A stretch of DNA of 64,000 bases. Source: Trichodelitschia bisporula (Eukaryota). Each line of letters starts with the position of its first letter. The first letter of the stretch is position 1. Under the pieces are notes generated by a model. It was not told where the DNA came from and did no database searches. It saw nothing but the letters and a program-made list of their open reading frames with translations. Location of the stretch: assembly GCA_010356995.1 (NCBI GenBank), contig ML996699.1:62001-126000 (forward strand), written 5' to 3'. Below are positions 38,863 to 49,657 of the stretch, one piece after another. The position numbers and the translations under genes were made by a program.

Positions 38863-41214
38863 ATGCCACCTGCAAAGCGGATCCGGACACAGGGCCACTT
38901 CCGTGCCTCTTCCAGCCTTTCGCGACCCTCCTCACCTATTGCCGGCAACACTCCCGCGCCTGCCCCCGCGAGCAGTGTCAGCCAGACCTCATCTTTACCA
39001 CTTGCCCTTCAGAGAGCCATCAATAGAGAGCCAGTCCACCGACTTCGTCAGGAAGACTATACAATAGGATGGATTTGCGCTCTTGAAATTGAACTTGCAG
39101 CAACCCAGGAGATGCTCGACGAAGAGCACCAACCTCTCCCCCAGGACGCATCCGATCCCAATAGCTACACGCTCGGCCGCGTTGGCGAACACAATACGGT
39201 CATCATGGTCTTGGGGCTGACGGGCACAAACTCGGCGGCCTCGGCGGTTGCTCAAATGAAGTCAACTTTCACTTCGGTTCAATTCGGCGTCTTGGTCGGC
39301 ATCGGAGGCGGTGTGCCGAGCGCAAAAGCCGACATCCGGCTTGGGGACGTTGTTGTTTGCCAGCCGTCCAAGGATTGTGGTGGAGTGATTCAGTACGACT
39401 TGGGCAAGACCAGGCCTGACGGGGTTGAACGGACCGGATTTCTGAACGCGCCCCCAAAGGCCTTGCTGAGCGCGTTGAAGAGTCTGAAGGCAAGCCATCT
39501 GAAAGGGAGAGTTGGTTTCCTAAATCACCTTGCAAAGCTCAGCAGCCAGTCTCTTTTCGCTCGCGACAAGGCCGGGCCAGATGTCCTATACGACCCTGCG
39601 TACAACCATTAGGAGGAAGAGGAAAACTGTAACAATTGTAAGAAAGAATATAGTGTGCGGCGCCAGACGCGTGGTGAACATGTCTTGGTTCACTATGGTA
39701 CGATCGCTTCGGGGAATCAAGCCATGCGCGATGCCAAGGAACGAGACAAAGTCAGTACGAAACTCGGAGGCGTCCTGTGCTTCGAAATGGAAGCCGCCGG
39801 GGTGATGAACGATTTTCCATGTCTGCCTGTGCGGGGAATCTGCGACTACTCGGACTCTCACAAGAACAAGAGCTGGCAGCCATTCGCGGCGGGGACGGCG
39901 GCAGCGTACGCTAAAGAGCCTTTGTTGTTGCTTTCGCCGGCCAAAGTCGAGATACCAGAAGATCCACCCGTGCCGGCAATGCTCCTAAACTTGCCCAGGG
40001 CTGCAGACACACCATCCAACCCATACGAGCGGAAAAAAGCGCCCTGCCTGATTCGTACCCGGGTCGAACTTCTCAACGAGATCTACGCCTGGGCTTACGG
40101 GGAGAACTCGCTAAATATTTTTTGGTTGAGTGGTTTAGCTGGCACCGGCAAGTCCACCGTGGCTCAAACTGTGGCCGCCGAATGTTTTCAGAAGGGAAGG
40201 CTTGGAGCCAGCTTCTTCTTCTCGCGAAGTGGCGCAGATGTCCGGCATGCCGGCAAGTTCGTGACAAACATCGCAGCGCAACTTACAGACAATGTGTCGG
40301 GGGCAAAGCGGTCTCTCTACAAGGCTCTGAAGGAGCGAGACACCATCACTGAAGAGTCTATCCGCAGTCAGTGGCATCATCTCATCCTCGGTCCCATGTC
40401 GAAGCTCGAAGGCGACACCTCTGCTCCATACATCCTAGTAATCGATGCCCTGGACGAATGCGAGGGCGAGGACGACATAGGGGAAATTCTGGATCTCTTT
40501 CGGTTGCTGAAGAAAACCCGGCTCCGGCTGTTTTTAACGAGTAGACCTGAAGTACCAATCCGGTCTCAGTTATCCGAAATGCCAACAAGCGAGCACCTGG
40601 ACTTGGTGCTCCACAGCATTGAGAAGTCGACTGTTGACAATGATATCCGCTTCTTTCTACGACACGAGCTCGAACGGCTAGCCCGGGGACGCTCTTTTGA
40701 CAAAGATTGGCCAGGCGAGCAAGCCATCGACTCTCTTGTCCGGAACGCCAGTGGTCTGTTCATCTGGGCTGAAACCGCATGCCGCTTTGTTAAACAAGGA
40801 AGAACATTGGCTCCCAAGAAACTAAGCTTGATCCTCAGTCAAAGCCACAGCACTGTGAAAGGGCCAGAGAAGCATCTCGACGAAATCTACGCGACTGTTC
40901 TTCGCCAATCCCTTACCAACTATGAAGGCGATGATGCAGAGGAGGTGCGATCCACATTGAAGGAAGTGCTTGGAGGCATCGTGATCCTGTTCAATTCACT
41001 TTCCATCCCGTCCTTGAGGAGGCTACTCGGCCAGAATGTGGGACAGGCACTGGATGATCTTCAAGCCATTTTGGACATTCCAAAGGAACCAGGTGACGTA
41101 CTCCGTTTACATCACCCTTCGTTTCGTGACTTCCTTCTCAATCCACGGAGAAGCGTGAAAACAGGTATCCTATTCTCGGTTCGACGCCACTCCTGTTTCA
41201 TATTTTCTATATAA
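38863..41214 (+). pseudogene. NLR-like PNP_UDP phosphorylase + NACHT gene; one in-frame TAG, no C-terminal repeat domain
   Basis: DYTIGWICAL, LVGIGGGVP..DIRLGDVVV, HYGTIASGN, CFEMEAAG and RGICDYSDSHKNK. Walker A GLAGTGKS, Walker B LVIDALDEC, HPSFRDFL. ORFs 38674-39612 and 39655-41214 share one frame, with TAG at 39610-39612. Confidence 0.88.
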
Positions 41215-41445
41215 TACGAGTTGCTCATATGGTACTGTCAGATTGAGCAATGACGGTATACACCCAGTTACTACAGGATGAAGAACTAGAATCTATTAAA
41301 AGGTGATGCGGGATCAACGGAAACATCACTGCATTACGAGTTAGACCGAAGGTCTGTCCATGAACAAGTTGCTTGATTGCCAAAGAAGTGGGGACCCCGA
41401 GTCTACTTATACTCGAGCCTTTTGGCTGAAACTGGGTGAGGCTAA

Positions 41446-41700
41446 ATACAGCCACCGCATTCCAGCAGCGGCTGTCGGCTCGGGCGGGATTGGCTGTTTG
41501 ACCGGAAGGCTACCGGCGAGACGGCCGTTGATATGAGAGTTATGCGCGTGGTTAAGGATTTGGTGGGCGAGCTGGCGCACGGGGGGTGCGTGGACGAGTT
41601 TATGCACGACCAGCTGGTGGTGTTTCAAACCGTTGCGCGCGGACGGAGCGAGGCCTCGGCGGAGGTTAAGAGTCTACACAGACGGCGAAGTGGGTTGGGT
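41446..41700 (+). pseudogene. C-terminal fragment of an RNA 3'-terminal phosphate cyclase-like gene
   Basis: HSSSGCRLGRDWLFD...ELAHGGCVDEFMHDQLVVFQ..ARGRS...SLH, then frameshifted TAKWV. No N-terminal part. Recognised by motif memory only. Confidence 0.65.
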
Positions 41701-41853
41701 GGGAGGAGGCGGGAGTGGATTTTGAGGACAATGCATGCGAGGGCGCCGGGTTGGGTTAGTGAGCGGGGAGGTCAAGAAAGGCGTCATGGAGGAGCTAGAG
41801 GAGGAGCTGCGAAGGGCGGGTATGTGAGGATCAGGTATGGGGCAGAAGGATAG

Positions 41854-42222
41854 TCGAGAGATATGAGTGCCTAAGGCAAACGGACAGTGAGCCTTGGCAA
41901 ACGTAGTTAGATGTAGGAGAGAGGGAGCTTAGCTTCCTCTCTCGCGGATCCAACCAGACAACTTTGACTTGCCCACCTTTACCAAACCTGTGACTCTCAA
42001 CAACAGCGCAATAATTTCATAACCCGCGGAGCTTCGACACTCGAACGCCCGAGGGAATAACCATACGAATCCTTGTTGAGAGTCACAGGTTTGGTAAAGG
42101 TGGGCAAGTCAAAGTTGTCTGGTTGGATCCGCGAGAGAGGAAGCTAAGCTCCCTCTCTCCTACATCTAACTACGTTTGCCAAGGCTCACTGTCCGTTTGC
42201 CTTAGGCACTCATATCTCTCGA
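41854..42222. repeat. Perfect 150-bp inverted repeat (41854-42003 / 42073-42222) with 69-bp spacer
   Basis: The arms are exact reverse complements when compared base by base. Confidence 0.95.
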
Positions 42223-42273
42223 TAAAAACCGCGAAAGGGGTTAACCTAATCGGGATTCACAGACCATAGTCTC

Positions 42274-42372
42274 TGAGAACACCAGTCCCCGTCTGCTCAC
42301 TGAAGTTAAACAGCGAACCGGTTGATTAGTAGTTGCGTGGCTGACCAGCAGCGAATCCCAACTGCTGTATGT
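42274..42372 (+). rRNA. 5S rRNA gene, 3' fragment (nt 20-118)
   Basis: GAGAAC..CCCGTCTGCTC..AGTTAA..TTAGTAGTTGCGTGGCTGACCAGCAGCGAATCCCAACTGCTGTATGT, with compensatory pairs in helices III-V. Confidence 0.92.
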
Positions 42373-42387
42373 TTTTGCGTTTTTTTT
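42372..42387 (+). terminator. Pol III oligo-T terminator of the 5S gene
   Basis: T5, GCG, then T8 directly after the 5S 3' end. Confidence 0.85.
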
Positions 42388-42917
42388 GCTTCTATCTCTG
42401 GTGGATCCGAGATAGCTCGCGTTGTACCGTCTGTTGCAAGTAGCAGGTCGTCCGTCTTATATTGAACCTCACCTGGCAATGGAGTGCAAAAGGTATGCGC
42501 ATCCGCAGACATTATTCGCAAGAAGGCTAGACCAGGATGCTGCAGGCAGGCCGATCCCTGCCCGTCGGCGCCGCCGGCATTTCAATTTTCACCACCCACG
42601 ACGCGGCTCATCTCGTACATGAATTACGCAGCAGAATCTAGAACTAGCCTTTCAGTCATGAGCCTCCTCCTCCTTCAACCCCCCGCTCATCCCCGCTCAC
42701 CCCGCCGGACCCGCTTCCGTCGCTCGTGACTCGCGGCGGGGCCCGCCTCGGTACAGTACTTAGGCGGGGCCCGGGCGATCGTGATGGCGGGCGGCGGGGG
42801 GAGGGGTATGTGTGACGTCGGCGATATAAAGTGGCAACGACACGACGAAATTTTATCCGACCTCGACACTTCTGCACTTTACTTGCGCTGTACGGTCTAA
42901 AGCATTAGGAGGACAGA

Positions 42918-43708
42918 ATGGGCGATAATAGAACTGTGTTTGCTTCGGCGCGGAGCATCCTGGTTATCAACCCGAATTCGAATACGCAGATGACGCTTGC
43001 GCTGAGGCCTGTTGTTGATGCGTTGGGGTTTGAGGGGGTGAGTGGTGGCCTGTGGGAGGGATGTGGTATACGGTCTTGCTGACTTTGTAGACGCGTTACA
43101 CTTTCTTCACTGCGCCGGATGGGCCGAGTAGTATCAACAATGAGGACGACGCGGAGGAATCGACGAGGCATGCGCTGCCTGCGCTCGAGCCCCTCCTGTC
43201 CAAGCACGACGGCTTCCTCGTCGCTTGTTTCTCCGCCCATCCCCTCGTTCCGGCACTCAAAAAGCACGCCGAAGCCGGAGGGGCGGGGAAGCCGGTCACG
43301 GGAATTATGGAGGCGAGCACGGCGGCGGCGTTGCAGCTGACGGGCGTGGGGAAGAGGTGGGGCGTGGTGACGACGGGGAAGGTGTGGGAGGAGGTGTTGA
43401 CGGAGGGGATTGGGCGGTTTGTGGGGGCGCGGCCGGGGAACTTTGTGGGCGTAGAGAGTACGGGGCTTAGTGCGGGGGAGTTGCATGATAGGAGTCCCGA
43501 GGAGGTGAGGAGGCGGATGGGGGAGGCGACGGCGCGGTTGTTGGATAGAGGGGGGGTGGAGGTTGTGGTGCTGGGGTGTGCGGGGATGGCGGGGCTGGGG
43601 GAGATTGTGAGGGAGGTTGCGGGGGGGAGGGGGGAGAGGGTTAGGGTTGTGGATGGGGTGCAGGCGGGGGTGGGGTGGGTTGAGGGGGCTGTGAGGGCGG
43701 GGTGGTAG
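42918..43708 (+). CDS. Asp/Glu/hydantoin racemase family protein (Dcg1-like), 2 exons
   Basis: ILVINPNSNTQMT, GPSSINN, FLVACFSAHPLV, PVTGIMEAS, LGCAGM and VVDGV. Intron 43038-43090. Confidence 0.9.
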
Positions 43709-43928
43709 GAGAGGGGTATGGGTGGAAAGGCTTTGTGTTTCTCATGTGGGCTTGCCGGGACTGATTTTGTACGGAGATCACGGGTAGGAGTTGAAAAGGA
43801 ATAGTGATTGAGCATTAAATCTGTCCAACCCAACCTGCTTATCAACCAAGGCCTTGCTCTAGAATCCTTTACATCCCTCACCCTCCGTATTCAGCGTTGA
43901 ATCCCCGAATACAACCCTCCAACACCTC

Positions 43929-44495
43929 CTATTCCCAAGTAGTCATCAACCCGACTTCTTGCACCAACAACCGCCCCTGCCCCACACTCCCCAGAATCTC
44001 AACCTCCATCCCCTTATCCCCCGACCCAGCGATAATATCCACATCCACCGCCGTCCGAAACGCACCCTCCCCCACACCGCTCAAATCCAACCGATGTATC
44101 TAATCCCCACATATTAGCCGCGTCCAAATACCCGATGAAACTCAAAAACGCACCGTCCGCCGCCCCGCGACATTAATCCTCAGCCCGGTGCTTATCTTCT
44201 GGCCCTCCTGGTGCCCGCTCACGGCTAGTTGCTTGATGTGCAAGGTGCGCCCGGGGGCGATGGCGAGGCCGAGCACGTAAGTGCAGGAGTGCCGGGTGCC
44301 GGGCGTGAATTCGGCCCAGGGGGCGAGGGTTAGGCTGGTGGGGCGTTGGAGGAGGGGGGTGGGGGATGGGGACTTGCAGCCGGCGCCGGCCATTGTGAGG
44401 AGGGTTATGTTGGCTTGTTGGAGGCTGGTTGAGGGGGAGGGGAGGGGGGAGCAGAAGGCGAGAGGGAGGAGGAGGGCGAGGAAGGCGGTGTACAT
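43929..44495 (-). CDS. Small secreted protein, possibly DUF4360-like, 2 exons
   Basis: Signal peptide MYTAFLALLLPLAFC, then ITLLTMAGAGC and RHSC pattern. Intron 44100-44153 joins in frame to IHRLDLSG...TTWE*. Confidence 0.7.
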
Positions 44496-45316
44496 CTTGC
44501 TAGAGGGGATTGTGTTGTTGTTGGAGGTGATGTGAGGTCTTGCTGGAGGTGATGAACGGCGAGGCTGTGGATGAGGCAAGGCTGTTGATGAGGGAATATT
44601 GGGTGAGGGAAGGCTGAAAGGGTATATACGCCCACACTGAGAGGTCGCGATATCCGCTTCCTCAGGGTGCAAAACTCCACACTAGCCATGTGCGTGAATA
44701 GAACCATCTCAAACTGGACCCATCCTACGAGGACAGAAACGCCCAAGCTCCGATCCCGTTAGCGTACCCTCTCAACAACGCCGGGGCCGCAACCAAAACC
44801 AAACCCACGATGCTCTTCAGCCTTGTCCGCGGAAGCACACACCAGGACCGGGCGAAAACTACCCCAAATAGGTCCCAATCTCCCTTAATTGCACCTAAAT
44901 AAAGACCCCTAATTACCTCAGAGCATCTGCCATTTTAGCGCAGGATTGGACACCCAGGGTTAAATGTGCGGTGGGGTGTTAATTGCTTCGCGCCGAGACC
45001 GGGGGCAAGGAGGGCACGGTTACATGTCCGGGGAAGGGGGTGGATTGAGTGCGATCTGAATTCTGGGGAACAGATGTGCGATGCTCAATCCTTCGGAGTA
45101 TCTTGAAATAGGTATGTACAAAATATAGATGTCTGCGCCGAAGCATATGAAACCGAGGCTGGATCTACTGTGTTCTTTACAATCTATCCCAACTGCGCCG
45201 TAGAAATGCAAACAGAGACAAGGAGACGCCGCGATCGGCGGGATTAAAGAGACGGAAGGAAATCATTAAGAGAGTGTATACGAGACAGATGCAGAGGTAC
45301 TCTTCACCAGGGGAAT

Positions 45317-48300
45317 CTACTCCTCCTTCTTCGCCTTCTTCGTCCGCAGCTTCATCATCCCGAACACCAGCATATACGAGCTGATACAAAACAGCGCCGT
45401 GATACCCGTCTATCATCGTCAGTACCGTTCCAACGGACAAGGGAAAACAAACTCACATCTCTCCAGGCGTAGTACTTCTCCTTCAAGTTCGCCTGCATCG
45501 CGAACTCCTTCCCCACACTGTACTGACAATACTCGCACGCCCCCGTCGCCGCCGCATCAACCACATACCCGCCCGCCATACCCACAAAATCATGCATATA
45601 CTCGCCGCACGTCGCATTGCCCGGCAGTGGAATGCGCGTCAGTTCCCTGGCCGCGCACTTGACGGGCGTATCCCACAGGAGCTGCGTCAGCAGCCCGCCG
45701 ACCAGGTACGTGAACGGGTCGAGGTAGTACATCCAGTAGCGCCAGAAGACGTTGATTTGCGCGTACGGCACGATCACGCCGCAGAAGTTGATCAGGCCGG
45801 CGCCGAGGATGAGGGGGTTGGCGAGCGAGGCGAAGTACTCGTTTGGCGCGTAGGTGGCGATGGATTGCCCGATGGAGGTGTATAGGAACTCGTAGAGAAC
45901 CATTTGGAAGTAGACTTGGCCTGAGATCGAGGCGGTCACGGGCATCCCGGTCGTGAAATACCAGCAACAGAAGTAGAGCGTTCCGCAGAGTATAAGCCAG
46001 GGCGTTTCGGCAGCGCATTGGCCCGCGACGAAGGCGGACCAGTGGTACGTCTTGGATTTCTTCTCGCGCGTCTCGAAGATGTCGCGGTTGTGCAGGTAGA
46101 ACGGCTGCATCTGGTTGATGACGCCGGGCGCCACGAAGATGAAGTTGAACACCGCCATAAGCCGCAACTGCATATCGTACGTCGTATTCCCGAGGTTCCA
46201 GAACGTGAAGCCCGCGAAAAGCGCCGCAACAATGTGGAAGTTCACCTTGCTCATCACGTAATCCGGATTCCGCCACAGCCCAACGGACTGCCGCCAGATG
46301 ACAATCTTCGCCTGGAACAGCTTCGGCGTCGCAAAGCTCCCCCCCATCTCTGGATCCTCCACCGGCGGCGTCGCCGTCGCATTCAACTCGTCTATCTCGC
46401 GCAGCATCGCGACCCGCTCCGCCGACTCCTCCCATGCCTGCACCCAGTCAACTCCATCACCCTGCCGGCCCTGCACCACATCAATGATGTGCTCCGCGGG
46501 ATTAACATCCGCAGGACACGGCGCGCCATGGTCGGCAAAGTACCGCAGCAGCTCTGCCGAGCCCTCGCCCGTCTCGCCAAAGTACGTCGTGCGCCCGCCC
46601 TTGGCTAGCAACAGCAACGAATCGAAGGCGTTAAACAGCGTCGCACTCGGCTGATGGATCGTGCACACAACCGCCTGCCCCGCCTCCGCGAGCTTCCGCA
46701 TAAACCGCATGATGTTGTACGCGCTCTGCCCGTCCAGCCCGCTCGTCGGCTCGTCGAGGAACAGCAGCGTCGGGCGCGCGACTAGTTCGACGGCGAGCGT
46801 GAGCCGTTTGCGCTGCTCGACTGACAACCCCGCACCAGGTACACCGACAAGCGCATCTTCGAACTCGCGCATCTCGAGCAGGTCGATGATGTGGTCGACA
46901 TACTGCACCTTCTCCTTGTCCGGGATCGAGTACTTCTGGCGCAGGCGCGCGGAGAACAGCAGCGCCTCCCGCACGGTCGCCGTCGGCTCATGCACGTCGT
47001 TTTGCTCGCAGTAGCCGGTGGTGCGCTGGAAGCTGATGGAGCGCGGAGCGCCATCCACCATGATGCTCCCGTGGATCGTGCCTGCGTCCTTGCGCTGCGC
47101 GAGAACGTCCATGAGCGTAGTCTTGCCGGCGCCGGACGTGCCCATCAGCGCGAGGAGCTGGCCTGGCTTCGCGAAGCCGGAGATCTTGTTCAGGAGCTGC
47201 TTCTGCGCGCCGTGGAAGGGGACGTGGTAGTCGACGTCGCGCCAGGTGAAGACGCTGTGCGTCATGTTAGCGGCCAATTCCTCGCGGGTCGGGCCCTTGG
47301 ACAGCTCGTGCGTGGGGGCGGCGGTGTTCGCGCCCTGCTTGTAGAGCAGCCGGCTGCCGCTGTCCACGTCTTTCTTCTTCTCGTAGCCGAGCGCGGTGAG
47401 CGCGGTGAAGACGACCCACGCGCCCATCAGCACGCCGAAGCTGCGCCAGATGTGGCCCGCGGAGTAGTTGAACTGGGCGAAGATGTAGGCGTCGCCGTGG
47501 ATGACGTTGCCTTGCGAGGACACGGTGGTGCACTGGCGGTATGCGTTGTCCGTGTAGCCGGGCCCGTACGGCACGTACTGCGGAGCGACGCACTCGAGGT
47601 CGAGGCCTCGGTATTCCGTGGCGATGAAGGCTTCGAGCGCGTAGGACGTCGGGTTGAGCCAGAAGAGCCAGCGGAACCAGACGGGCATCGAGAAGAACGG
47701 CAGCAGGTAGCCGGCATACACCATGAAGACCATGATGCTCAAACCAGAAACCAGAGCGGCGCCGCCAAACTTGGAATTCCACGCGCCGATCATGCGGAAG
47801 TACGAGTTCATGCAAAGGGAGTAGGCGAGGAGGACAACCCATTGCGTGAAGAACTTGCCCGCGTCGAACACGAAGTGGCACATGAAGTAATGGATAATCT
47901 CAAACACGGAAATCGACATGACCAACATCGGCAGATCGGTAATAACCTGCGAGATGACGAACGCGGTGGGCCGGTAGAGCGCGAACATCTTGTGCCGGGC
48001 GAGGATCGGGCGCCCGAGGAACGTCGCCGTTGTCTCAGCAAGGGCGTTCATGGCGAAGAAGATAAGAGGGAAGAAGAGGGCACCGGGCCGCAGGAAGGTC
48101 GCAGTACTGTTCGTTGGGAGGTTGTAGAACAGTGAGCCCGAGACGAGGGCTTGAACGATGGCGCTGCTCATCTTCATGACTTCGGAGCGGCGGTCGCCCC
48201 AGATGATCTGGAAGGCACGAGTCGTGCAGGCCATGACCTGATACCACAGGGACGCAGTATACACGCTCTGGTCCCCAAACAGGGGCGTCGCAGAATCCTC

Positions 48301-49657
48301 CGCGATCGCGGCCTTGAGGTCGTGGATTTCGTCAGTGAGAGTGTCGGGCTCGACGAAGTTCGCGTCCCGATAGACGGAGCTCTCCTTGAACCGGCGCTCA
48401 AACTCGTCAGCCGTGTCAGGCACTTTGCCTTCGAAGCCCGGGCGAATCCTGCGCTCCGTCTCGACGGTCACGGATGTCAAGAAGTCGGCAACGGCGCCGC
48501 CAGGAGGGCACGCGAAGCCCATATCCTCAAAGTACGACTTAGCTGTCGCACGCGGCCCGTAGTAGATCACCTTGCCGGCGTCAAGCACGAGAACCTTGTC
48601 GAACTCGTTGTAGATGCCATTGCCAGCCTGGTAAAGCGTCGCAACGATCGATTTGCGCTCTTCGTTAGCCATGCGCCGTAGGACTTTGGCGAAATCGAGG
48701 GCGGTGCTCGCGTCCAGACCGCGCGTGGAGTTATCCCACAGTTGCACTGGCGACTGCGAGGCCATGACCTCGGCGAGGGAGACGCGCTTGCGCTCACCGC
48801 CAGATACGCCGCGGACGTACTCGTTGCCCACCAGGGTGTCCCCAGTGTGGGTAATGCCCAGGTCGCCGAGGATGTGGGTTCTGTTCTCCTCAACATGGGC
48901 GGCGCGGAGCTCGGGGTTCTTGTTCTTGCTCTTGGGGACCTTGTTGCTGAGCGCAAAGCGGAGTGTCTCATTGACGGTCAGAGTCGGGAAGTGGATGTCT
49001 TCCTCGGAGTTGTAGATGATCTGCTGCCGGAAGCTGTGGGCCTCATCGGCAGTTGCGCTGCCGTACCGAACTTCACCTTCGACCTTCTTGTACGAATGGC
49101 GGTTATTTGCCAGGATGCTGTATGGGGGTCAGACGGGAACTAGATCCACTCGAGGGACGTACCGAAGAAGAGTGGAACACCCCGAACCCGGACGTCCGAG
49201 GACGAGAAGCTACAGTATCGTCAGTTGAGGCCTTGTCGAGACATCATCCAGCCGACTCACCATTTCGCCAGGACATATTTGGCCCGATACTTCACTAAGA
49301 ATTGCCTCAGAGCATTAGCAACTGGACTCAAATTCAGGGATGACTGACTCTTTCAGGCGGTTTCTGTGACTTTTGGAAAATGCCGGCCGGGTTGAGGAGG
49401 GACCCAACGGTGTCGGCGAACTCGGCGCCAACTCCGTTCACAATCACCGACACATTGCGGAAGGTGACGGTGAGGCGTTTGGTGCTGGCAACTGTGGTTT
49501 CGGAGACGTGTGACTTCTCAACATCGTAGTCGGGGGCGCGTCCCGAGTTATCAGTGCTGGACCGCGCGCTCTTCTCGTCGGCGATGGGCTCCTTGCCGAT
49601 GTACGAAGATTCGAGACTGGGCACAGCCGAGGCTGCCGACGTGATGTGTTGATCCAT
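45317..49657 (-). CDS. Full-size PDR-type (ABCG) ABC transporter
   Basis: NBD1 GRPGSGCS and VSGGERKRVS, TMD1, NBD2 GTSGAGKT and LSVEQRKR..FLDEPTSGLD, TMD2. Several short 5' introns and one 3' intron near 45410-45456. Confidence 0.95.

Larger units (their letters stand above)
36630..42272. mobile_element. 5.6-kb insertion in 5S rDNA; non-autonomous or derelict Starship-like cargo element
   Basis: Separates the two halves of one 118-nt 5S gene. Imperfect TIR: left AGACATATACCTGTGTCC, right (reverse complement) AGACTATGGTCTGTGAATCC. CCATAG at 36619-36624 and 42264-42269. NLR-like cargo, no recognisable recombinase. Confidence 0.75.

Noticed and set aside
39583..39612. A tiny intron removing the NLR stop codon
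   Set aside because: The GT..TAG candidates are only 13 or 30 nt, lack a branch site, and would delete conserved residues.
41854..42222. MITE or Mutator element explaining the 150-bp inverted repeat
   Set aside because: No TA, 3-bp or 9-bp target-site duplication flanks the arms.
46891..48135. 414-aa plus-strand ORF and similar long overlapping ORFs (e.g. 8953-9915, 51152-51916)
   Set aside because: These are antisense or off-frame shadows of GC3-rich genes or GC-rich intergenic DNA, with no protein motifs.
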